From an uncultured delta proteobacterium (lineage in GTDB: Bacteria > Desulfobacterota > Syntrophia > Syntrophales > CAMTWB01), in contig CAMTWB010000026.1 of the NCBI GenBank assembly GCA_947085375.1, positions 7,689 through 71,688 of the forward strand: a DNA stretch of 64,000 nucleotides, given 5' to 3'. Position 1 is the first letter of the stretch. Each line of letters starts with the position of its first letter. The notes below the pieces were generated by a model. It saw nothing but the letters and a program-made list of their open reading frames with translations. It was not told where the DNA came from and made no database searches. Below are positions 18,836-27,228 of the stretch, one piece after another. The translations under genes and the position numbers were made by a program.

Positions 18836-19436
18836 GGCGTTAGACCTCCATTCAAGATCGTCTTGAGAGCAGCAAAAGTGGCCCGCCCCGGGAGGCGGTC
18901 CAGTGCCGTTGTTAACCGCTTGCGTCCGCCGTCCTTGCGGCTTAACCTGTCTGTAACCCGGATTGCCTGACGCTTTACTCAGACAATCACTACAAAAGCC
19001 GTAATATTCCATTCTAGACCTGATTAACCGAAAGCCGGTTTTTTCGGAATCATTCAGTTTAAGGTTGAATAATCAAATTTATATTTCTTGTCAAGCGGTT
19101 GGATGCGATGGCAGAGAACTTACCGCCGGCAGGCTGTTTGCAAAGTCGTCAATTTTTGTCGTTTTATTTATCAGGGGATTATGTTACAGATATAGAAGCA
19201 TAAAGCGTTATTCAAATTAAATTAGCTATATGCATGATATTTACTTGTGTAGCTACTTAGGCTTGATTTATGCCAGCCCAGATGTTTTATAGTTTTGAGC
19301 CTAAACAACAAGTGGCTACCTGAAATGATGATATCGTATAAGATTTAGGGAAAAATATTTGGCAACTGCTTTTGCAGGAAGGCTCGGATGCGGCCCGCGC
19401 ATTGCACTCAACTTTTTATAATGGCAGCATAATGGT

Positions 19437-20231
19437 ATGGATTTAGCCACAATTCTTGGAATCATCAGCGGTTTTTCATTGGTCATCATTGCCATGGGAG
19501 CAGGTGGCGGCATTGGCTGGTTCATCAACGGGCCTTCGGCGATGATAGTCCTGGGAGGAACCTTGGGGGCAATACTTATAAATTATCCCCTGCGCGACTT
19601 GCTGGGTGTGCTCAAGGTCGCAAAAAACGTTTTTTTATCAAAATTGCCGCGAGAAAAAGAGATCGTAGCGGCTATTATATTCATGGCCCGCCATACCAGG
19701 CGCAACGGTATCTTATCTATTGAATCTGCAATGAATGACAAGGGTTTCGATCCCTGGCTGAAAAAAGCTCTCATGTTGGTGGTCGATGGGCTGGATCAAA
19801 AGGACATCAAAAATATATTGCGAACAGAGATCAATTTTATTGAAGAGAGGCACCGCCTGGGTGCGGAAATTTTTACCAGCATGGGCAACTTCGCGCCGGC
19901 AATGGGTATGATGGGCACTCTTATCGGATTGGTTAAAATGCTGATGTATATGAATGATCCAGCGAATATTGGCCCTTCCATGGCCGTGGCTTTAGTAACA
20001 ACTTTCTATGGGGTAATTTTGGCTAACCTAGTATTTCTGCCAATTGCGGGTAAACTAAAAAACATGAGTTCTCAGGAGCTGTTGATCAAACAATTGATCC
20101 TTCAGGGCGTGCTATCGATACAGTCAGGAGACAATCCTCAAATCTTGGAAGAAAAATTAAATTCCTTCATCTCACCCGGCGAAAGACGCAGGCAAACTGC
20201 TTCAGGGGTAGGTAATGATCAAAGACAATAG
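19437..20231 (+). CDS. motA: flagellar stator protein MotA
   Basis: 264 aa, four TM segments, MotA/TolQ/ExbB channel motif GPSMAVALVTTFYGVILANLVFLPIAGKL. Confidence 0.9.
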   Translation: MDLATILGIISGFSLVIIAMGAGGGIGWFINGPSAMIVLGGTLGAILINYPLRDLLGVLKVAKNVFLSKLPREKEIVAAIIFMARHTRRNGILSIESAMNDKGFDPWLKKALMLVVDGLDQKDIKNILRTEINFIEERHRLGAEIFTSMGNFAPAMGMMGTLIGLVKMLMYMNDPANIGPSMAVALVTTFYGVILANLVFLPIAGKLKNMSSQELLIKQLILQGVLSIQSGDNPQILEEKLNSFISPGERRRQTASGVGNDQRQ

Positions 20232-20901
20232 GAGCGACAGTGATTATTGGCAGACTATATACTGCGCTTTAATGCTCATTATCGTCGCTTTTTTTATGTT
20301 TCTGATATCAGTTTCCAAATTGGAGAAAGCCAAGCTTAAAAGCTTTACTGATACATATAGGTCAGATGCCATTGTCACAGCGACAAGGCAGCAACTGGAG
20401 ACAAATGACGGCCAGCTGATAAATGATGCACTTTTTAACCAACTCGGCGGGAGGTTGGATGCAATACTGGAGAATACCGGTTATAAAGGTGCGGTTGGAT
20501 TGGAACGCGTCCCCGGAGGCATTAAGGCAACTATTATTTCTGAGCTTCTGTTCGAATCGGCAACAGCGCACCTAAAAAGAGACTTCCTGGCTGTGCTTGA
20601 TGAAATTTCCAATATTGCCAAGGAATCAGAATTAAGTCTCGCAATAGAAGGGCATACTGATAATCAAGCGATTATATCAGATAAATACCCATCAAACTGG
20701 GAATTATCCACTGCCCGCGCCGTAAGCTTATTAAAGTATTTTTTGGAGTCCGGCGGAATTCCTCCAGAGAGGCTCCGCGCTGCCGGTTTTGGCCAATACC
20801 GGCCTATCGCAGATAATGAGACGCCAGAGGGCCGAAAAAAGAATCGCCGCGCAGAACTTTATCTCTTCCCTGCTTCTGTCAACCACAAGACGAATAATTA
20901 A
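20215..20901 (+). CDS. MotB-like OmpA-domain protein lacking the channel Asp
   Basis: TM segment WQTIYCALMLIIVAFF aligns to MotB WxxxYADxMTxxxxFF but has Ala (GCT 20266-20268) in place of Asp. Intact OmpA-like C-terminus EGHTDN...NRRAELYL. Confidence 0.8.
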   Translation: MIKDNRSDSDYWQTIYCALMLIIVAFFMFLISVSKLEKAKLKSFTDTYRSDAIVTATRQQLETNDGQLINDALFNQLGGRLDAILENTGYKGAVGLERVPGGIKATIISELLFESATAHLKRDFLAVLDEISNIAKESELSLAIEGHTDNQAIISDKYPSNWELSTARAVSLLKYFLESGGIPPERLRAAGFGQYRPIADNETPEGRKKNRRAELYLFPASVNHKTNN

Positions 20902-20907
20902 CCTCTT

Positions 20908-21636
20908 ATGAGCAATAAAAGACTGCCGATACCGTCAAATCAAAAAACATGGTTAATTACATTCAATGATCTGATTACGTTACTTTTGACTTTTTTTGTT
21001 CTGATACTATCTTTGTCTTCTATTAACGCCGAGGGGCTGCGGAGGATGTCCTCTTCGCTGCAAGAGTCAATTCTCGGGCTTCGGGGCGATAAGAAAGTTC
21101 AGGTATTTGAGCCTTTCGTCAGGAATTTGGAAGATGAAGATATTGCAAAAAATAAACAAGCTGACATTATAAAAAGGGAATTAGCGGCCAATGAACTGCA
21201 GCAGAAACTGGCGGAACAATTTGCTGAGTCTGTTAGCGGTGTAAAGGGTATGGAGGTTAAGAAGGAGGGTCAAGGGATCATAATTTCTTTACCCGACTCG
21301 TTGCTTTTTGCATCGGGAAGCGCGGAAGTAAAGAAAAAGAATGGAGTTATTCGCTTACTTGCTGATAATATTCGAACGATCAATGCCCAAATTACTATTG
21401 AGGGTCATACTGACGATGTACCTGTTGTTAGCAATACCTACCCCTCGAACTGGGAATTGTCGATGGCAAGGGCCGTGAATATCTTGAAACTTCTAATAAG
21501 TGAAGGTGGCATCGATCCCGCCCGCTTATCGGCAGCAGGTTATGCGCATACCCGTCCCCTAGCCCCCAATGATTCAGCCCCCGGAAGAAAAGCTAACCGG
21601 CGGGTAAATATTCTACTAACTATCGAAAATATATGA
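20908..21636 (+). CDS. motB: flagellar stator protein MotB
   Basis: WLITFNDLITLLLTFF with the conserved Asp. OmpA-like EGHTDD...NRRVNILL. Confidence 0.85.
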   Translation: MSNKRLPIPSNQKTWLITFNDLITLLLTFFVLILSLSSINAEGLRRMSSSLQESILGLRGDKKVQVFEPFVRNLEDEDIAKNKQADIIKRELAANELQQKLAEQFAESVSGVKGMEVKKEGQGIIISLPDSLLFASGSAEVKKKNGVIRLLADNIRTINAQITIEGHTDDVPVVSNTYPSNWELSMARAVNILKLLISEGGIDPARLSAAGYAHTRPLAPNDSAPGRKANRRVNILLTIENI

Positions 21637-21644
21637 GGTGAGCA

Positions 21645-22133
21645 ATGGCTAATAAGAATAGCGAAGACAAGACGGCAGCAACCCCGGCGGCGGTAAAAAA
21701 ACCTGCTTGGAAATTGGCGCTAATTATCTTTCTGGCCCTGATTGTGCTAGGCGGAATTGGTTTTGCAGCGTATGAATTCGTTTTGAAGAAAGGATTGCCG
21801 GAAAAGCAGGCGAAAAAGGAATCTTCAATTACAAGTGCAATTTGGTCGATGGATCCCTTTGTGGTTAATCTGCTTGATAATCATGGAGGAAGATATCTCA
21901 AGGTTGTGATCCAATTGGAAATTCAGGATGATAAGACCTTGCCTGAGTTCAATGCCAGTAAGCCCAGACTCAGAGATGCTGTCATTGATCTAATTTCGGC
22001 CAAATCTTACAAAGAGTTGATGGAACCAGGCGGCAAGCAGCAACTTCGGGACGAACTTCTCCTTAGACTCAATGCCAACCTAAAAGAAGGGAAGGTTGCA
22101 AAGATATATTTTACTGAGTTTATTATTCAATAG
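21645..22133 (+). CDS. fliL: flagellar basal-body-associated protein FliL
   Basis: Single TM segment, then FVVNLLDNHGGRYLKVVIQLE...KIYFTEFIIQ, the typical FliL signature. Confidence 0.85.
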   Translation: MANKNSEDKTAATPAAVKKPAWKLALIIFLALIVLGGIGFAAYEFVLKKGLPEKQAKKESSITSAIWSMDPFVVNLLDNHGGRYLKVVIQLEIQDDKTLPEFNASKPRLRDAVIDLISAKSYKELMEPGGKQQLRDELLLRLNANLKEGKVAKIYFTEFIIQ

Positions 22134-22157
22134 TATCGTTTGCCAGGAAGAAGCATT

Positions 22158-23150
22158 ATGGCCGGTATATTGTCACAGGAAGAAGTCGATGCCTTGATTC
22201 ATGGGTTGAACGAAGGGAAACTTCCGGCAGATGCTAAGGAGGACTCTTCAGGAGTCAAGCCCTACGATCTTACCACTCACGAGAGGATCATCAGGGGCAA
22301 AATGCCTACCCTGGAGATCATCAACGAGAAATTTGCTCGTTTGTTCCGGACGACAATGCAATCAATGCTCCGCCGGGTTATAAATGTCACCACTCTGGCT
22401 ACATCCGTGATCAAATTTCAAGACTATTTGAAAACCTTGCCGGTGCCTTCCAGCATACAGGTTATCAAGCTCGAGCCGTTGCGAGGGAGCGCTATTTTAG
22501 TCATAGATTCAAAGCTGATATTCACATTTATTGACATAATACTAGGTGGCACAGGGAAGACTCCTTACAAGGTAGAGGGTCGTGAATTCTCCGCTATTGA
22601 AAATAATATCATCAGAAGGATCATCGACAGATCCTTGACAGATTTTGAAAATGCCTGGAGTTATGTCATAAACTTAACCGCGACCTACCAGAAAACTGAA
22701 ATCAATCCCCAGTTTTGCCTGATAACACTCCCAACAGATCCTGTCGTTATTATTACATTTTTAATTGAGATGGAACATTCATCGGGCAAGATGACCATCT
22801 GTATTCCCTACACCAACCTGGAGCCTTTGAGAGAAAAATTGACCAGCCGATTTCAAGGTGAACAGTCGGATAATGACTTGCTGTGGGCAACAAGATTAAA
22901 AGCGGGCCTGATGCTTGCAAGTATAAATGTGGCAGCAGAAGCCGGGAAGGTCACTATTGCCGGACGAGATCTCGTAAGCTTAAAAAAGGGCGACGTTATT
23001 ATCCTAGATAAGCACTGCAATGATTTCTTTGACGTCCTTGTCGAAGGGAGCGTTAAATTCAAGGGTATCCCGGGAATTTACAAAGGCAGTAATGCCATTC
23101 AAATATCTCATATCGTGGGCCAGGGTGAGGTAATCGAACATGGAGATTAG
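22158..23150 (+). CDS. fliM: flagellar motor switch protein FliM
   Basis: N-terminal LSQEEVDALI (CheY-P binding motif region). Size and C-terminal SpoA-like domain. ATG 22158 preferred over TTG 22140. Confidence 0.9.
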   Translation: MAGILSQEEVDALIHGLNEGKLPADAKEDSSGVKPYDLTTHERIIRGKMPTLEIINEKFARLFRTTMQSMLRRVINVTTLATSVIKFQDYLKTLPVPSSIQVIKLEPLRGSAILVIDSKLIFTFIDIILGGTGKTPYKVEGREFSAIENNIIRRIIDRSLTDFENAWSYVINLTATYQKTEINPQFCLITLPTDPVVIITFLIEMEHSSGKMTICIPYTNLEPLREKLTSRFQGEQSDNDLLWATRLKAGLMLASINVAAEAGKVTIAGRDLVSLKKGDVIILDKHCNDFFDVLVEGSVKFKGIPGIYKGSNAIQISHIVGQGEVIEHGD

Positions 23151-23583
23151 AAAAGACCAACAGGAAGAAAATAATCGTTCGCAAGGCAAACCGGTCAATA
23201 ACGAGGAGGTTGCAGATGTTGATTGGGAAGAAGCCTTCCGGGAAGAAGAGCAAAGTACAAAAAAAACAGAGGTTTCCCCGGTTCAATTTTCGGAATTAAA
23301 AAAAAGCGTTACCCCTTCCGGAGCACTTGATTTTGATTTCATTCTTGAAATACCCCTGAACCTCACTGTTGAGCTAGGCAGAAATAAGATGCTTATTCGA
23401 GAGCTTCTCCAGCTTGGCCAGGGTTCCGTAATCGAATTGACAAAGATGGCTGGCGAGCCGATGGATATTTTTGTCAACAATAGACTGATTGCTCGTGGGG
23501 AGGTGGTGGTCGTCAACGAGAAGTTCGGCATCAGGCTGACGGACATCATATCTCCCGAGGAAAGGATCAACTATTTAAAGTAA
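23140..23583 (+). CDS. fliN: flagellar motor switch protein FliN
   Basis: C-terminal SpoA domain LTVELGRNKMLIRELLQLGQGSVIELTKMAGEPMDIFVNNRLIARGEVVVVNEKFGIRLTDI. Confidence 0.9.
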   Translation: MEIRKDQQEENNRSQGKPVNNEEVADVDWEEAFREEEQSTKKTEVSPVQFSELKKSVTPSGALDFDFILEIPLNLTVELGRNKMLIRELLQLGQGSVIELTKMAGEPMDIFVNNRLIARGEVVVVNEKFGIRLTDIISPEERINYLK

Positions 23584-23597
23584 CGCAGTAACTACAT

Positions 23598-23759
23598 TGA
23601 CGAGGCGGTAAAAACTCCCATTTCCCCTCTCCCGGTGGGAGGGGGCAGGGGGAGGGGGTAGGGGGCTTAAACATTCGATATATCGACTATTATCACCCTC
23701 TCCTAGAACCCTCTTACATCAAGGGAGAGGGGGTCTTTCTACTTTTTACCGCATCATCA
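23598..23759 (-). mobile_element. A-type MITE-like element (inverted orientation) between fliN and fliO
   Basis: TGACGAGGCGGTAAAAACT ... ACTTTTTACCGCATCATCA. Its reverse complement aligns with 7192..7364. Confidence 0.8.
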
Positions 23760-23780
23760 GCATTTACCGGAGGACAATAA

Positions 23781-24170
23781 TTGGAACCGGTGTCACTAGC
23801 CTCAGCCTTTTGGAACATGCTGGCGGCCCTGGCCGTTGTATTGTTAATTTTAATTCTCACCATGTTTGTGTTTCAAAAGCTTCTCAAACAAAAAATGCCC
23901 ATCAAAGACGATGGTGCAATTATAAATATAATAAGCGTCCGTTATTTAGGACCAAAAAATTCACTCCTGCTGGTTGATGTTTTGGGGAAGCCAATATTAA
24001 TCAGCATTTCCAATCAGCAGGTGTCATATTTGACCACCCTTGACGACGAAGTATCCATTCAGAAGTTAAAAGCAATCAACAATACACAAAAAAGCCATCC
24101 CCTAGACAGAGGATTACTTTCTCGCTGTCGGGATTTTGTTTTATTTAAGGCTCCGGGAAAGGATAGTTAG
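23781..24170 (+). CDS. fliO: flagellar biosynthesis protein FliO
   Basis: 129 aa with a single N-terminal TM segment, located between fliN and fliP. TTG start 5 nt after GGAGG. Confidence 0.7.
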   Translation: MEPVSLASAFWNMLAALAVVLLILILTMFVFQKLLKQKMPIKDDGAIINIISVRYLGPKNSLLLVDVLGKPILISISNQQVSYLTTLDDEVSIQKLKAINNTQKSHPLDRGLLSRCRDFVLFKAPGKDS

Positions 24171-24952
24171 TGCCAATGGGTCGTCCTAAAACTAAGTCAC
24201 CCAACCTTTATCTGGCTGCCCTGCTGCTGACGGTGCTATTTTGCTTTCCCGTGACGTTAGCATTTGCCCAGCCTGCCGCCCCCCATATCAACCTGACAAT
24301 TTCGGGCGCCGAGGGCGATCCAGAACGGGTCTCGATTACTTTGCAGCTTCTCATCCTCTTGACCGTATTGTCGATTGCGCCCGCGATCCTCCTGATGCTG
24401 ACATCCTTCACCCGCATTATTGTTGTTCTTTCAATATTAAAACACGCGCTCGGCACCCAGCAGCTGCCTCCCGCTCAGGTTATTGTTGGATTGGCCTTGT
24501 TTTTAACTTTCTTTATCATGACCCCCGTATGGCAACAGGTGTACAAGGAGGCCTTCCAACCCTATTATGAGGAAAAAATAACCGGTCAGGAAGCCCTGGA
24601 ACAGGCTACGCTTCCCATTAAAGGATTTATGCTCAAGCATTCCCGGGAAAAAGATATCGCCTTGTTTGTAAAGATGGCCAAGCAGGAACGGCCGGAAAAG
24701 CCGTCCGATCTGTCTCTGACGGTACTGATACCGGCCTTTGTCATCAGTGAATTAAAAACCGCATTTCAAATAGGTTTTATGATTTACCTGCCCTTTTTGG
24801 TAATTGACATGGTTGTTGCAAGCATTCTTTTGTCGATGGGAATGCTGATGCTGCCGCCAATCATGATCAGCCTGCCTTTCAAGTTGCTGCTTTTTGTTTT
24901 GGTTGATGGCTGGCATTTGATAATTTCATCGTTAGTTCAAAGTTTTCAATAA
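24170..24952 (+). CDS. fliP: flagellar export apparatus protein FliP
   Basis: LTSFTRIIVVLSILKHALGTQQLPP and PAFVISELKTAFQIGFMIYLPFLVIDMVVASILLSMGM are FliP signatures. Confidence 0.95.
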   Translation: MPMGRPKTKSPNLYLAALLLTVLFCFPVTLAFAQPAAPHINLTISGAEGDPERVSITLQLLILLTVLSIAPAILLMLTSFTRIIVVLSILKHALGTQQLPPAQVIVGLALFLTFFIMTPVWQQVYKEAFQPYYEEKITGQEALEQATLPIKGFMLKHSREKDIALFVKMAKQERPEKPSDLSLTVLIPAFVISELKTAFQIGFMIYLPFLVIDMVVASILLSMGMLMLPPIMISLPFKLLLFVLVDGWHLIISSLVQSFQ

Positions 24953-24977
24953 TCGACCTCTTGCCAAAGGCAAACAA

Positions 24978-25247
24978 ATGTCTGCAGATTTAGTTGTCGG
25001 TTTAATGGCGCAAACCGTCAAAATTACGTTACTCGTATCGGCGCCGGCATTGCTGGTTGGCTTAATCGTGGGACTTCTGATAAGCTTGGTGCAGGCGGTC
25101 ACTCAAGTTCAAGAGATGACACTGGTTTTCGTGCCGAAGATTATTGCCGTCATGTTCACCCTTATTGTGGCGCTCCCTTGGATGATTAACCTCCTTCTCA
25201 CCTTTACTCACAATCTTTATTCTAATATTCCACTGTATATAAAGTGA
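24978..25247 (+). CDS. fliQ: flagellar export apparatus protein FliQ
   Basis: 89 aa with the motif LISLVQAVTQVQEMTLVFVPKI. Confidence 0.95.
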   Translation: MSADLVVGLMAQTVKITLLVSAPALLVGLIVGLLISLVQAVTQVQEMTLVFVPKIIAVMFTLIVALPWMINLLLTFTHNLYSNIPLYIK

Positions 25248-26023
25248 TCTCAATTCCAGATCCGGCACAACTTGAACTCCTGTTTCTGATCTTTCTTCGA
25301 ATAAGCGCCATGTTTATAATGATCCCCCTTTTTGGTGAACGAACCGTCCCGGTTCGGGTTAAGGCGGGGTTATCCATTATTTTGACTTTAATTATTTTCC
25401 CCCTTATCCCAGCATCTTCATTGCCAGCCATCAGTGAAAATACTCTTGTTTTATTCATGAAAATTGCCGGTGAAGTAATGATCGGATTATTGATCGGCTT
25501 AATCGGCCGTTTCATCTTTGTTGGCATTCAGCTTTGCGGTCAGATCATTGGTTTCCAGATGGGTTTTGCCATCGCCAATATTGTCGACCCAGTCACCAGT
25601 ACCCAGGTTTCGATTATTGCGGAGCTCTATTATCTGATCGCAATCCTCCTTTTTTTGACTTTTGATATGCACCAGGTATTCATTGCGGCGATAGTGGAAA
25701 GTTTTTCAATAATTCCGCCTTATGGCTTTCGAATGAAGGGGGAGATTGCCCAGGCGCTGGTTGTTTATTCGTCGAATTTATTTCTTGTAGCAGTCAAAAT
25801 TGGCGCCCCAGTAATCGCTGCTTTAACGCTCCTGAATGTATCGCTTGCTATAATCGCCCGGACAGTTCCCCAGATTAATATCTTCATCGTTGGATTTCCG
25901 CTGCAAATTATGACCGGACTTCTTTTTATTGGCCTGGGATCTGCTATGTTTACCGTGGGCATTGATAAATTATTCAACCAGATGGCTGGGCAAATCATGA
26001 CCATGCTGCGGCTTGTGCCTTAA
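25244..26023 (+). CDS. fliR: flagellar export apparatus protein FliR
   Basis: 259 aa polytopic protein located between fliQ and flhB. Motif GFPLQIMTGLLFIG. Confidence 0.9.
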   Translation: MISIPDPAQLELLFLIFLRISAMFIMIPLFGERTVPVRVKAGLSIILTLIIFPLIPASSLPAISENTLVLFMKIAGEVMIGLLIGLIGRFIFVGIQLCGQIIGFQMGFAIANIVDPVTSTQVSIIAELYYLIAILLFLTFDMHQVFIAAIVESFSIIPPYGFRMKGEIAQALVVYSSNLFLVAVKIGAPVIAALTLLNVSLAIIARTVPQINIFIVGFPLQIMTGLLFIGLGSAMFTVGIDKLFNQMAGQIMTMLRLVP

Positions 26024-26132
26024 GAAGCAACTGCTCAGGTGGATAGACTGAAGGCGGAAGGCTTAACACTAGAGCAGTTATTCCGTTAGCATATTTATTG
26101 ACGCTTCGTCATATATTTGAAAGGTCCCGCCA

Positions 26133-27227
26133 ATGGCGGAAAATGAGACTTCCCAGGAGAGAACCGAACAAGCCACCCCCAAGCGCCGGGAAGAGGCCAG
26201 GGAAAAGGGACAGGTTGCCAAAAGCAGAGAGATTCCATCAGTTGCAGTCTTGATCGTTTGCCTTGCCTTCTTTTACTTCAATTCATCCGGCATGCTAGAC
26301 CAGTTTCGGCGCCTATTAAAAATCAGTTTCCAGCAGGCTGCTTACGTTCAAGTCGAAATTGGCAACATCCAAAGCATCATATTGTGGTATTCCTATCAGG
26401 CTTTTTTTATTCTATTACCTTTATTTGTAACAGTTATCGCGGTTGCGCTTCTGTCCAATATTATTCAAGTGGGGTTTTTAATCGCCCCTGAGTCAGTAAT
26501 GCCAAAATTTTCAAAAATCGATCCGTTAAAGGGATTCGGTCGCCTTTTCTCGCTTAAATCCTTTATTGAGCTGCTAAAAACGATATTCAAAATGCTATTG
26601 GTTGGCCTGGTTGCCTATGTCGTGGTTAGAAATGATCTATCACATCTTACCTTACTGATGGACATGGCAGTCATGCAAATCATTCATTTCATTGGGATGC
26701 AATCATTCAAAATCCTTACGGCCTCTTGCGCGCTCTTAATTATACTTGCCATTTTTGATTATCTTTACCAGCGTTATGAGCATGAGAAATCGATTAAAAT
26801 GACCCGGGAAGAGCTAAAACGGGAAATGAAAAATACGGAGGGGGATCCCCTGATCAAGGCCCGGATCAGAAGGATTCAGCGGGAAATGGCCAAAAAGAGG
26901 ATGATGGCGGCCGTGCCCAAGGCTGACGTTATAATAACCAACCCGATTCACCTTGCCGTGGCAATATCGTACGACCATAAAAAGATGAAAAGTCCTGTAG
27001 TTGTGGCCAAGGGGGCAGGACTGATTGCCGAGAAGATAAAAGAAATAGCGAAAAAAAATGATATACCTCTGGTCGAAAATAAAACGGTGGCACAGGTATT
27101 GTTTAAATCAGTAAAGATTGGCAGCGCGATTCCGGAAGATATGTATCGAGCCGTGGCAGAAATACTGGCTTACGTCTACAAACTCAAGGATAAATTGACC
27201 TGGGAAACACAGAGTGAAATAAGGTGA
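26133..27227 (+). CDS. flhB: flagellar export switch protein FlhB
   Basis: N-terminal SQERTEQATPKRREEAREKGQVAKSRE. Autocleavage-site region ITNPIHLAVAISYD (NPTH variant NPIH). Confidence 0.95.
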   Translation: MAENETSQERTEQATPKRREEAREKGQVAKSREIPSVAVLIVCLAFFYFNSSGMLDQFRRLLKISFQQAAYVQVEIGNIQSIILWYSYQAFFILLPLFVTVIAVALLSNIIQVGFLIAPESVMPKFSKIDPLKGFGRLFSLKSFIELLKTIFKMLLVGLVAYVVVRNDLSHLTLLMDMAVMQIIHFIGMQSFKILTASCALLIILAIFDYLYQRYEHEKSIKMTREELKREMKNTEGDPLIKARIRRIQREMAKKRMMAAVPKADVIITNPIHLAVAISYDHKKMKSPVVVAKGAGLIAEKIKEIAKKNDIPLVENKTVAQVLFKSVKIGSAIPEDMYRAVAEILAYVYKLKDKLTWETQSEIR

Positions 27228-27228
27228 T

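Noticed and set aside
19360-19377. Sigma-54-like box TGGCAACTGCTTTTGCA upstream of motA.
   Set aside because: The GG-to-GC spacing is 11 nt instead of the strictly conserved 10, so I do not call it. It may deserve a position-weight-matrix scan.
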